Below are positions 24,512 to 33,466 of a DNA stretch of 64,000 bases, one piece after another (position 1 is the stretch's first letter; every line of letters starts with the position of its first letter). Below the pieces are notes generated by a model. It had not been told where the DNA came from. It ran no database searches and saw nothing but the letters and a program-made list of their open reading frames with translations. Source of the stretch: an uncultured bacterium (GTDB taxonomy: Bacteria; Verrucomicrobiota; Verrucomicrobiia; Verrucomicrobiales; V1-33); contig CAIZWU010000201.1 in the NCBI GenBank assembly GCA_903936775.1, forward strand, positions 2,992 through 66,991. The letters run 5' to 3'. A program made the position numbers and the translations under genes.

Positions 24512-27118
24512 TCACGGTTCAGCGTTGAGGCCGGGAGTGACCCGGGACAGGATCGGTTTCACGGTGGCGAAGTAGCGGCGGGCGACCGCGTTGACTTCTT
24601 CCAGTGGCAGGGTGCGCACCCGGTCGAGGATGCGTTGGTCGTGGTCGAAGCCGAGGCCGTAGAGTTCATTGAGGGCGCACTGCTGGGCGAGACCGGCATT
24701 GGATTGGTGCTGCATGGCCTGCTTGCCTGTCCAGGTGCGGCGGGCACGGTCGAGCTCCTCAGCGGTGAGTCCATCCTGGGCGAGATTGTTGATTTCGGAC
24801 AGCAATTCCTTCTGGGCAAACTCCAACTGTTCGGGAGAGGTGCTGAGATAAAAGGTGAAAAGGCCTGGGGCCATGCCGATGACCTGGGTGGTGCCCACGC
24901 TGTAGGCGAGGCCGTGCTCCTCACGGATGCGCTCGAAGAATCGGCTCGCCATGTCGCTGCAGGCTTCATCGATCAGATCAAGGGCGAGGCGGTCGGGGTG
25001 GCGGAGGTCCACGGTGGGGTAGGCGACCACGAGGAAAGCCTGACGTTTGGTGCTGGGAATATCCAGGGTCTGCGGCTGCCACGGGGGCACGGTCAATCCG
25101 GTGCCATGTTCCAGGAGGGGGCCGGCGGGCAAGCCGGCGAAGGCCTGTTCCACTGCCTTGCAGACGGTGTCGAACTTCACGTCCCCAAAGACGGAAATAA
25201 CCAGATTTCCGGAACGGAGCAGGGATTGGTGGAGATCTGTCAGGGTGGTGCGGGTCAGGGCGGGCAGGCTGGCAGTGGTGCCATTGCGGTTCAGGGAAAG
25301 CGGATGAGTGCCATAGGCGGCCCGCTTCAGTTCCCGGAAGGCAACAAAGGACGGATGGTCCTCCTCCTGGCGCAGTCCGGCGAGTTGACGGGTGCGTTCG
25401 CGGGCGACCTCAATTTCCGGAAAAGCAGGATGCTGCAGCACATCCGCGACAAGTTGGAACGCATCCAGCCATTCCGGCGAAAGCACCTGGGCGGAGATAC
25501 CGAAGCTGGAGCCGCCGGAATCTGCTCCGAGCGAGCCTCCCCCGTTTTCGATGGTATCAGCAATTTCCTCTGCGGTGCGTCCGGGGGTTCCCTTGGTGAG
25601 GGTGCGGGCCATCAGACGGCCGGCCCCATTGGTGGCGGCGGATTCCGCAAGGAGGCCGCCCCGCAGCGTGGCGTGCAGCGAGACAGCAGGCAGACGGGGG
25701 TCTTCCCGGACCAGCAGGGTCAGTCCGTTGGGGAAGACGTGACGCCGGATCACGGGGACACCGTCAGTGGTGGATCTGGAGACGGCGGCCGGGCGGGTTT
25801 CAATGGGAGGGTCCAGCGAGACGATGGTCAGGGTGTCCCCAATGAGATAAGTATTGGCGACCCGGGTGATATCCGCTGCGGTGACCCGGTCAATGGCCGC
25901 GAGGTAGGTGCGGGTGAATTCGGGGTGGTGGGCCGCGTGCCAGTTGCCGCCGAGGTCGGTGGCCTGGCCTCGCATGGTGGTCAGGCTGCCCAGCTGTTCT
26001 GCCAGGAAAAGACGGCGGGCGCGCATCACTTCGGTGGAGCTGACGGGCTCGGTGCGCAGCCGCGAGATTTCGGTCAGGATCGCGGCTTCGGCGGCATCGC
26101 GCTGGTCCGGATCGCACTCCGCGCCCACATAAAACAGTCCTCCCTGCGGCGGGGTATAGGCTCCGGCGCTGATGCTGTGAACGAGCGCCTGCCGTTCCCT
26201 CACTTCTCGGAAAAGCCGGGAGGAACGGCCGGTGCCGGCCAGCACGCCCAGTACTTCCAGGGCCGGGGTGTCAGGGTGGAGCAGGCCCGGGATGCGCCAG
26301 GCGAGTTCCATGCGGGTGATCCCGGTAGGGAAGGAGACGGCTGCCCGGCGGGGTCCTGCCTGGGGGGGCTCCGGCAGCACCGTCACGGGGGGGGCGAAGC
26401 ATGGCAAGGCATGGCCGAAGTGTTTTTCCACCAGCGCCTGGGCGGCTCCGGCGGTGGTGTCGCCCACGATGACGACGAACATGTTCCCGGGTTGATAGCG
26501 TTCGCGGTAGTATTGGAAGGCGGTGTCACGGTCCACCGCATTGAAGCGGTCGAGATGGCCGATCACCGGTTCCCGGAAAGGGTGTTCCCGGTAAACGGTG
26601 CTGAACATCAATTGGCTCAGGGTGCGGCCCGGATCATCCTTCCCCATGTCGATTTCCCGGCGGATCACGTCCTTTTCCTTGTCGAACTCGGCATGGGGAA
26701 AGGTGGCCCGGGTGGTCAGGTCTGCGAGTACGTGCAGGGCGGTGTCGAGTCCTTCGCTGAGGGTATCGATCCAATATACCGTGCGGTCGAAGGAGGTGTA
26801 GGCATTCAGGTATCCGCCGCTGTTCTGGACGGCTTTGGCCAGTTCACCGGGGCCGCGCTCGCCGGCCCCTTGAAACACCATATGCTCCACGAGATGGGAG
26901 ACGCCCGTGCCCCGTAGATGGCCTTCGTGGATGCTGCCGGTGCGTACCCATGCCTGGACGCTGACCAAGGGGGCGTTGCGGTCCTCCTTGACGAAGATTT
27001 CCAATCCGTTCGGCAAGGTCGCGAAGACCGCTCCGGTGGGAGGGAATTCCAACCGTGATGGATCGTGGGCCGTCCCGCTGATAGGGGCAGGAGCCGGGGA
27101 ATGGGAGGCGGTAGTCAT
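24512..27118 (-). CDS. M16-family (pitrilysin/insulinase-like) zinc peptidase, two fused M16 units
   Basis: 868 aa. The inverted zinc motif HxxEH appears in GVSHLVEHMVFQG with a downstream Glu region. A second, inactive-type M16 unit occupies the C-terminal half. Confidence 0.9.
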   Translation of the reverse strand: MTTASHSPAPAPISGTAHDPSRLEFPPTGAVFATLPNGLEIFVKEDRNAPLVSVQAWVRTGSIHEGHLRGTGVSHLVEHMVFQGAGERGPGELAKAVQNSGGYLNAYTSFDRTVYWIDTLSEGLDTALHVLADLTTRATFPHAEFDKEKDVIRREIDMGKDDPGRTLSQLMFSTVYREHPFREPVIGHLDRFNAVDRDTAFQYYRERYQPGNMFVVIVGDTTAGAAQALVEKHFGHALPCFAPPVTVLPEPPQAGPRRAAVSFPTGITRMELAWRIPGLLHPDTPALEVLGVLAGTGRSSRLFREVRERQALVHSISAGAYTPPQGGLFYVGAECDPDQRDAAEAAILTEISRLRTEPVSSTEVMRARRLFLAEQLGSLTTMRGQATDLGGNWHAAHHPEFTRTYLAAIDRVTAADITRVANTYLIGDTLTIVSLDPPIETRPAAVSRSTTDGVPVIRRHVFPNGLTLLVREDPRLPAVSLHATLRGGLLAESAATNGAGRLMARTLTKGTPGRTAEEIADTIENGGGSLGADSGGSSFGISAQVLSPEWLDAFQLVADVLQHPAFPEIEVARERTRQLAGLRQEEDHPSFVAFRELKRAAYGTHPLSLNRNGTTASLPALTRTTLTDLHQSLLRSGNLVISVFGDVKFDTVCKAVEQAFAGLPAGPLLEHGTGLTVPPWQPQTLDIPSTKRQAFLVVAYPTVDLRHPDRLALDLIDEACSDMASRFFERIREEHGLAYSVGTTQVIGMAPGLFTFYLSTSPEQLEFAQKELLSEINNLAQDGLTAEELDRARRTWTGKQAMQHQSNAGLAQQCALNELYGLGFDHDQRILDRVRTLPLEEVNAVARRYFATVKPILSRVTPGLNAEP

Positions 27119-27201
27119 TCCCTTGTCTACGCCCCACGCTTCCGCATGGCCAAGGGGAAATGCAGGGAGATGGCGTCCGGGTCCCTGGAGCCGACCTTTG
27201 G

Positions 27202-27738
27202 CTACTTGGCGGCGAGGGCTTCATCCACCGCTTTAAGCAGCGCGGCGTCGTCCGGGGTGGTGCCCGGTTCGAACCGGGCGAGGGGCTTGCCATCGCGGCC
27301 AATCAGAAATTTGCCGAAGTTCCACTTCACATCGCCGGGGAAGGCTCCGTCCTTGCCGCTCAATTTTTGGTAGAGGGGGTGCTGGTCGGCGCCTTTGACG
27401 TGGATTTTATCAAAGAGCGGGAAGGACACTTTGTATTTGGTGGAGCAGAACTGCTTGATCTCATCGTTGGAGCCGGGTTCCTGGGAGCCAAAGTCGTTGC
27501 AGGGGAAGGCGAGGACGGTAAATCCCTTTCCGGCATACTTCTCCTGCAGGGCTTGCAGGGCTTGATACTGCGGGGTCAGGCCGCACTGGGAGGCCACATT
27601 CACCACCAGCAAGACTTTCCCCTCGTAAGCTTTAAGCGTGACTTCCTTTCCGTCGATATCCTTCAACGGGATCTCATAGAGGTTCGCCATGGCGAATGTG
27701 GAGAAGCAGGCGAGAAGAAGCAGCGCGAGGCGTTTCAT
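27202..27738 (-). CDS. glutathione peroxidase (Cys-type), secreted/periplasmic
   Basis: 178 aa with a signal peptide. Motifs are VASQCGLTPQY (catalytic Cys), FPCNDFGSQEPG and WNFGKFL. Confidence 0.9.
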   Translation of the reverse strand: MKRLALLLLACFSTFAMANLYEIPLKDIDGKEVTLKAYEGKVLLVVNVASQCGLTPQYQALQALQEKYAGKGFTVLAFPCNDFGSQEPGSNDEIKQFCSTKYKVSFPLFDKIHVKGADQHPLYQKLSGKDGAFPGDVKWNFGKFLIGRDGKPLARFEPGTTPDDAALLKAVDEALAAK

Positions 27739-27794
27739 GGGGGGGAGGGTGGTCCGGGGTAGCAGGTTTTAGATTTCAAACATCGGGAACTACG

Positions 27795-28628
27795 TCAATC
27801 GAAGGGGGCTTTCTTCAAATTTTTCTGTTCCCGGGAATCGACCTTCCAGTGGGCGGAAAATGCCACCTGGGCGGCATGGTCGGGGATGGCCTGATGTTCT
27901 GCCTGGTCCAGCAGGCGGGCGGGGTAGCCAGGCTCCAGGCCGGTCACCAGCACGGTATCACCAGCCACCGTAAACCCGGCCAGCCAGCCGCCGCAGCCGA
28001 TCTGAAAGGTGTTATCCGGACGGCGCCGGATGCGCCGGGTGCGGTGCGGTGTGGGATCGCGGCCCAGGAGTTCCTCAAGGCGGGGGCGGAAGTCGATCTG
28101 CCATTCCCGGGCCAACCATTCCGCCTGGGCCAGGGCGGGGGCGGACCACTGGATGGTATAGCGTGGCGGCGCGGTGAGCGCGGCGTCCACTTCGCCTGTC
28201 CACCCGGATCGTTCATCGGGGAAGGCATCGTAAGCCGGAATATAAGGTTTGATATCAAACACCGGGGTGCCATCCACCAGGTCACACGGTCCGAGGATCA
28301 GCCGGCCTTTTTCCACGGCGAGGAGCTGGACTGGAGTGATGCCCAGGGGATTGGGGCGGTGGGGCGACCGTGTGGCAAAGACGCCGCGCCGCACGGCAGG
28401 GCCGCGGGGCGGGAGCACCATGGGACGCCAGGTGGTATTGCGGTGAAACCACCAGATCAACCAGATCCGGGAAAATCCGGCAAGATCCCGGAGCCCATCC
28501 TCATACCCGCAGCCCGGCACCATTTCCAGGACATGCTGTTCCTGGGCCGATTCCTCGGGCTGATGGAGCGCGTCAAACTTGACGCGTTTTCCTGTCCTGA
28601 CATATCCGATGGGCTGAAGGGTGATCAT
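27795..28628 (-). CDS. trmO: tRNA (m6t6A37) methyltransferase TrmO/TsaA-like with C-terminal extension
   Basis: 277 aa. IGYVRT..., RSPHRPNPLG and DGTPVFDIKPY are YaeB/TsaA blocks. About 130 extra C-terminal residues are consistent with a TrmO C-terminal domain. Confidence 0.85.
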   Translation of the reverse strand: MITLQPIGYVRTGKRVKFDALHQPEESAQEQHVLEMVPGCGYEDGLRDLAGFSRIWLIWWFHRNTTWRPMVLPPRGPAVRRGVFATRSPHRPNPLGITPVQLLAVEKGRLILGPCDLVDGTPVFDIKPYIPAYDAFPDERSGWTGEVDAALTAPPRYTIQWSAPALAQAEWLAREWQIDFRPRLEELLGRDPTPHRTRRIRRRPDNTFQIGCGGWLAGFTVAGDTVLVTGLEPGYPARLLDQAEHQAIPDHAAQVAFSAHWKVDSREQKNLKKAPFD

Positions 28629-28688
28629 GATAAGGATGATTTCAGGCTGGCCGCAGCTGGTGCCGGACCGGGATTTCCCGCAACGTTT

Positions 28689-29531
28689 TCAGGGGTCCGG
28701 CAAGCGGCTGCGGAGATCCAGCAGGGCCTCTGTGAGCCGGGAAGTCAGGGGGCCCGGGGCGGGGAGGGTGCGGTCATCACAGGCTTCGACCGGGAGGATG
28801 CCCTGGAGGGAATTAGTCAGGAAAACCTCGCTGGCGGCCGCGAGGTCGGCTGGGGTGAGGGCCTTTTCGAGGCAGGGAACGCCCAGCTGGGGACAGAGGT
28901 CGATGATCAGACTGCGGGTGATCCCGGGCAGGCAGCCGGAACTGAGGGAAGGGGTTAGCAGGGTGCCTTGGCGGACCAGAAAAAGGTTGGAGATGGCTCC
29001 TTCGCAGAGATCGCCGCCTGTGTTGAGAAAAAGGGCTTCGGTGGCGCTGCGGTCCTGTGCCCACGCCAGAGCGACGGCGTTTTCAGCATACGAGGTGGCT
29101 TTGACGCCACTGAGCGGGCTGAATTCATTTCGTCTCCATGGCACCGTCAGCAGAGTCGCGGCGCCTGGGGAGGGCGGGGCCGGGAGCAGCCGGACCAGCA
29201 GGTGTCCGGGCTCCGGCGCGAGCGAGAGACCGGCCTTTTCCTGACCGGTGAGGGTGATTCTGAGCCGGTGCAGTTCCGGCGGGCAGTCCGCACAGACGGC
29301 GGCGATGGCTTCCCTCAGAGCGGTCCCGGCTGGAGGCTGGAGGCCGAGGCGGGCCGCGCCGGCGTCCAGGCGGGCAAGGTGGCGCGTCAGAGCGAAAGGC
29401 TGCCTCTGACGGACGGCGATGGTCTCAAAGACGCCCCGTCCCCAGAGCACTCCCTGGGAGATGGCAGGGACCAGGGCGGCAGACTCCTCCACCAGTTGGC
29501 CATCCCACCAGACCAGAGACTGGCCCCTCAT
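28689..29531 (-). CDS. class IV (fold-type IV) aminotransferase family protein, aminodeoxychorismate-lyase-like
   Basis: 280 aa. Family-typical blocks are GRGVFETIAV, HLARL...A..LGL and NLFLVRQGTLLTPSLSSGCLPGITR. Its ATG overlaps the stop of the upstream gene (ATGA at 29531-29528). Confidence 0.8.
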   Translation of the reverse strand: MRGQSLVWWDGQLVEESAALVPAISQGVLWGRGVFETIAVRQRQPFALTRHLARLDAGAARLGLQPPAGTALREAIAAVCADCPPELHRLRITLTGQEKAGLSLAPEPGHLLVRLLPAPPSPGAATLLTVPWRRNEFSPLSGVKATSYAENAVALAWAQDRSATEALFLNTGGDLCEGAISNLFLVRQGTLLTPSLSSGCLPGITRSLIIDLCPQLGVPCLEKALTPADLAAASEVFLTNSLQGILPVEACDDRTLPAPGPLTSRLTEALLDLRSRLPDP

Positions 29532-31561
29532 GGCGGCGTGGGGGCTGGCTCGAGATAGAGGCTGGGATTCAGGGTGAAGTCACTGCTGTCGAGGTCGTCA
29601 TTGTGTCCTTCGATGGCCAGGACGTTGGCTCCCATTTTCAGGACTCCGGCCGGGATGGCCAGGACAAACGTCTCAAAGGTGTTATTGGCCTCATGGGGAC
29701 TCACGCCGCGGATGGTATCGAGGGACCCACTTTCGGCATTCACCCGCAGAACTTCCCGGCCGTTCAGATAAGCGATGAAACCGTCATCGTAGGAAACTTG
29801 GAGGCGGAACAGGCGCGGGTTTTCATGGCCGGTCAGGGTGAACTCATGACGGATGCAGAGATATTTGAAGCGGCCCCTCATGTCAGGAACCTGGGTGGCG
29901 TCGTCCTTGTCGTTATATCCGAACCCGGCGGGGCCGGTGAGCCAGCCTGGGCCGGTGAAGCCGGGTTCCTGCCAGCCGTTGCCGGGTTTGGTTCCTGCAA
30001 GATATTGCCACGGCGCTCCCGAGGGGATCAGGGGGATGGCCTGTTTGGACAAGGTCACCGGCTTGATTGCCTTTTCATCGCCGCTGTCCTTCGCCCGCAG
30101 GGGCACGGTCCGGGGGCCGGCCACCAGGGGCGGTTGCCATGGTTTGGCGATACGCTGCACCGTGACGCGTCCTTCCTTGACGATCTGGAAGGTGTCCCGG
30201 ATCTGCCCCTTGGAGTTCAGCATTTGGGCAGTCAGGGTGTTGCCCTTGAAGTCCAGCAGGACCGACCCGAATTCCAGAATGGTGCTGCGCATCACGGGAC
30301 TGGGCCGGTCCTCGCGGGAAAGGGTGGTGCCCCCATGACCGGTCACGATTTGCACGTTTCCTTCGTTGGGGAAAAGACCGGGACTTTTATGGTAGGCTCC
30401 TCCCCCGGCTGGATTGCCGTCGCCATCATTGAGAATCACGTTTTCGGATACGGTGGGCGTGGCATACGCCCCATCCATGAGCATGGAGCGCTCATAGATA
30501 TGCGAGTGGCCCGTGAGCACGAGATCCACTCCGCCGGACTCCAGGATGGGCATGATCATGGAGCGCATCTCAATCAACTGCTGCTCCTTGTCACTGTCAT
30601 GGGAACCCTTGGTGTAGGGCGGATGATGCCAGAAGGCGACCAACCAGTCCGCCTTGGTTTTTTCGAGGTCCGCCTTGAGCCATTGCGCCATGGCCCCACC
30701 GGGGTCGCGCGGGAGATCGTGGGAGTTGAGGCAGATGAAGTGGGCCTTCCCGAAGTCGAAGGAATAGTAGGCCTCGGTGCCGCTGGCAACTCCCCCGGAC
30801 TGGGCGGTGGAGGGGCAGACATAGGCGTCGTAATAGGGGCCGGTGGCGGTGGCTCCGCTGGAATGGCGGCCCTCGTGATTGCCCATGGCGGGCCAGCAGA
30901 CCGTCTCCCGCAGAGTCTCGGCGTAGGATTCGAAGAAGTAGCCCTGGAATTCACTATCCAACCCTGAGCCGTAAGCCATGTCACCGACATGGAGGTAACC
31001 GTCGAGGGTGCGTTTTTCCTTTTTCAGCCAGTCCCGCATGGCGGTGTGGACCTCGGCCTGCACCCGGTTGCCGGTGCCGCTGTCGCCGACCACCCAGAAG
31101 AGGCCATCGCGTGCCGTGCCAGGAACCGGCAGGGTGCGGAAGGTGCCGGTCTCGCCGGGGGGGGAGAGTGCTTCGCCATTTTGACTGACGGAATAGTAAT
31201 AAAGCGTATCGGGTTTCAGGCCACTGATGGCGGCCTCGAATTGGCGCGTGCCTTCCGGGCCGGCGGAGATGGATGGCTCCTTCGAATCCTCGGGCAGATC
31301 ATGCACGGGCCGGCGGATCAGGATATTGGCAGGGGAGATTGATTGATCGAGGGCATCGGCCTTGAGGCCAAAGCGGATGCCGGGCAGGCCCTCGGCCCGG
31401 GTGCGCCAGACCACGGTGATACCCTGGGGGGTGGCGCATTGAATATACGGTCCGCGGGTCAGGGCGGGAGGGGCACCAGGACTGGGCGAGAGTGTTGCCA
31501 GGAGGAGCAGAGCTGGGAAAGAAAGGCGCATGGGGGGAAGTTGGAAAGCTGGTTCCATCAA
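29528..31561 (-). CDS. secreted metallophosphoesterase (purple-acid-phosphatase-like) with C-terminal jelly-roll-like domain
   Basis: 677 aa with a signal peptide (MRLSFPALLLLATLSPSPG). The metallophosphoesterase motif ladder is VVGDSGTGN, VGDMAYGSG, GNHE and GHSHIYER. The C-terminal ~170 aa carry YDDGFIAYLNGREV. Confidence 0.85.
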   Translation of the reverse strand: MMEPAFQLPPMRLSFPALLLLATLSPSPGAPPALTRGPYIQCATPQGITVVWRTRAEGLPGIRFGLKADALDQSISPANILIRRPVHDLPEDSKEPSISAGPEGTRQFEAAISGLKPDTLYYYSVSQNGEALSPPGETGTFRTLPVPGTARDGLFWVVGDSGTGNRVQAEVHTAMRDWLKKEKRTLDGYLHVGDMAYGSGLDSEFQGYFFESYAETLRETVCWPAMGNHEGRHSSGATATGPYYDAYVCPSTAQSGGVASGTEAYYSFDFGKAHFICLNSHDLPRDPGGAMAQWLKADLEKTKADWLVAFWHHPPYTKGSHDSDKEQQLIEMRSMIMPILESGGVDLVLTGHSHIYERSMLMDGAYATPTVSENVILNDGDGNPAGGGAYHKSPGLFPNEGNVQIVTGHGGTTLSREDRPSPVMRSTILEFGSVLLDFKGNTLTAQMLNSKGQIRDTFQIVKEGRVTVQRIAKPWQPPLVAGPRTVPLRAKDSGDEKAIKPVTLSKQAIPLIPSGAPWQYLAGTKPGNGWQEPGFTGPGWLTGPAGFGYNDKDDATQVPDMRGRFKYLCIRHEFTLTGHENPRLFRLQVSYDDGFIAYLNGREVLRVNAESGSLDTIRGVSPHEANNTFETFVLAIPAGVLKMGANVLAIEGHNDDLDSSDFTLNPSLYLEPAPTPP

Positions 31562-31573
31562 CGGGAACGCTGG

Positions 31574-33415
31574 CTAGCGGCCGATGATTTCGTTGAATTG
31601 CTTTTCCAGTTCAGCCTCACTGAGGGGACGGGTGGGACGTGGAGAAGCAGGGACTGGTTGCCGCGGCGCAGGGCGGGGGGCGGTCGCCGGAGGAGGGGAG
31701 ACTTCATCCGGCAGGCTCAGGCGGGGGGCGGGAGGGACGGCCGCCGGGCGGTTTTGGGCCGCCGCAGGTTGCGGGGCCGGAATGTTGTCCGTCACGGGTT
31801 TATCTCCGCCGCCAAAGCTCACGATCAAGGTGCGCCATCCCTCTGCGGAAGGGGAAAAAAGCTGGGGTTCCAGGGAAGGGAGGCCCGCGAAGTAGGCGTC
31901 ATTCGCTTCAAACACCAGTTGGCCGCCAAGGTTTCCTTCTGGAGTTACGGTCAGATCCCCTTTCAGTCGGAGCAGGCCGTCCTTGGTGATCGCGGAGATT
32001 GCGGAGATGCGGGTGGTTTGCGGAGTCCAGATGAACTGTCCGGAGAAGGTGGGAAACTCCATCAGGGCCAGTTCCGGCTTGCGAAGGAGGGTGGCGATCT
32101 TTTCGACAAAAGGCAGGCCGCGCAGAACTGCGCCGCGGACTAGAAAAGGGCCGCTCAGCGTGGGTGGGGGGCCAGATTGGAAGTGGCTGAGCCATTGGCT
32201 GCCGGTGGTTTCGAAGGAACCGAGGACATTGGTGGACCAGTTTTCGGGGAGCAGGTGTTTAAGCAGGATGGGGGCGATATCGCCACTCAATTGCAGCCGG
32301 CCTGCCGGGACCAACTCTGCGGAACCAGTCACCCGGATCTCATGTCCGGCGGTGAAGCCCAGCCGGGCGCTGACGATTTCCAAGGTGGAACCCTGCAGTT
32401 TGGCGTTGATCTGGTGCACCGGAAAAGGAGGCCACGAGGCAGTATCCAGCAGGCCCCCGGACATTTCCACCCGCAGGGCCGGCCCGGCCAGGTGGAAATT
32501 CCCCTCCAATTGGGTCAATGATTCAGGTTTTCCTTCCGGTCCGGGCCATGTCAGGTTCAGCTCGTCAAAATAACCGGATTCAAGGACGATGGCCGCCGGT
32601 TCGGAGGTCAGGCCGAGGCGGAAACCGTTGCTCTGGCTGGGAACCCCGCGATCCACCGGAGCCGGGCCGGTCTGCCACATGGTGGCTGCATCCATCTTTT
32701 TGGCCGGATCGAAGGCCAGATCGGCCTTTTGAAAGCGGAGCGAGCGCAAGGTCCAGTCCTCGGACATCAGGGAACCCGCGGCCAGCTGGGACGTCAGGTT
32801 GGTGAAGGTGGCGGAGGAGAGGAGGTCCTGAAAGGTGGGGGACACCGTGAGGGAAGCATTTCCCAACTGGTCGGGACCGGTCTGCTGGAAGCGGGAAAAT
32901 GTGACCCGGCGGTCGGCTAATTCCGAGACCCGGCGGGCGGCGTTGACCCGGAATCCTTCTCCCTCGATCCGCCACCGGTTGAGGAGGCGGATTCCAAACC
33001 AAGTGGCTCCAGCGAGAAATATCAAGGACAGGAGGGCATACATCCACCGGCGGCGCCGGCGCTGCGCTGCCTGCCGGGGAATTCTTTTTTTCGAAGTAGC
33101 CCGGTCACCTTCTCCGGAGCGCGGGGGTGGCAGGACGGCCTTCGGCAGGAGGGAGGTTTCCCGCGGTGGGGTGGATCGCTCATCCGGAGGAGCGGGCTGC
33201 GCGTCACGGCTGGAGGAGGAGGAAGAGCGGCGCCGGCGGCCGGAGCGGCTCTCTCCGGAGCGCTGCAACCGTTCCATCATTTCCTCGAGGGAAAGTTTTT
33301 CCCCGACGTCCTCGGCCTGGCGGCGGGGCGTATCGCCGGCAGCCCGCCGGGAGGGGAGACCGGGGCTGCGGGGGGAGTCCGCATCCGGGGAAGGAGGGGA
33401 GGGGAAATCACTCAC
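31574..33415 (-). CDS. bitopic membrane protein of unknown function (disordered Pro/Arg/Ser-rich termini)
   Basis: 613 aa. About 125 N-terminal residues are low-complexity (SPPSPDADSPRSPGLPSRR...). A single TM (WMYALLSLIFLAGATWFGI) is followed by a ~400-aa ordered region and a Pro-rich tail. It lies 51 nt downstream of the secretin and 12 nt upstream of the phosphoesterase. Confidence 0.7.
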   Translation of the reverse strand: MSDFPSPPSPDADSPRSPGLPSRRAAGDTPRRQAEDVGEKLSLEEMMERLQRSGESRSGRRRRSSSSSSRDAQPAPPDERSTPPRETSLLPKAVLPPPRSGEGDRATSKKRIPRQAAQRRRRRWMYALLSLIFLAGATWFGIRLLNRWRIEGEGFRVNAARRVSELADRRVTFSRFQQTGPDQLGNASLTVSPTFQDLLSSATFTNLTSQLAAGSLMSEDWTLRSLRFQKADLAFDPAKKMDAATMWQTGPAPVDRGVPSQSNGFRLGLTSEPAAIVLESGYFDELNLTWPGPEGKPESLTQLEGNFHLAGPALRVEMSGGLLDTASWPPFPVHQINAKLQGSTLEIVSARLGFTAGHEIRVTGSAELVPAGRLQLSGDIAPILLKHLLPENWSTNVLGSFETTGSQWLSHFQSGPPPTLSGPFLVRGAVLRGLPFVEKIATLLRKPELALMEFPTFSGQFIWTPQTTRISAISAITKDGLLRLKGDLTVTPEGNLGGQLVFEANDAYFAGLPSLEPQLFSPSAEGWRTLIVSFGGGDKPVTDNIPAPQPAAAQNRPAAVPPAPRLSLPDEVSPPPATAPRPAPRQPVPASPRPTRPLSEAELEKQFNEIIGR

Positions 33416-33466
33416 AATCGGTAGCGCCCCGGGGGCAGGCAGGACCGCAGGTTGTGCGGTGGGAGT

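Noticed and set aside
24359-26917. 852-aa plus-strand ORF opposite the M16 peptidase. Analogous long antisense ORFs are 19260-21341 (+), 49718-51682 (-), 56094-57689 (+) and 58336-59712 (+).
   Set aside because: The logic is the same. Each mirrors a strongly supported gene on the other strand and shows antisense-type amino-acid bias. None has start or SD context or recognisable motifs.
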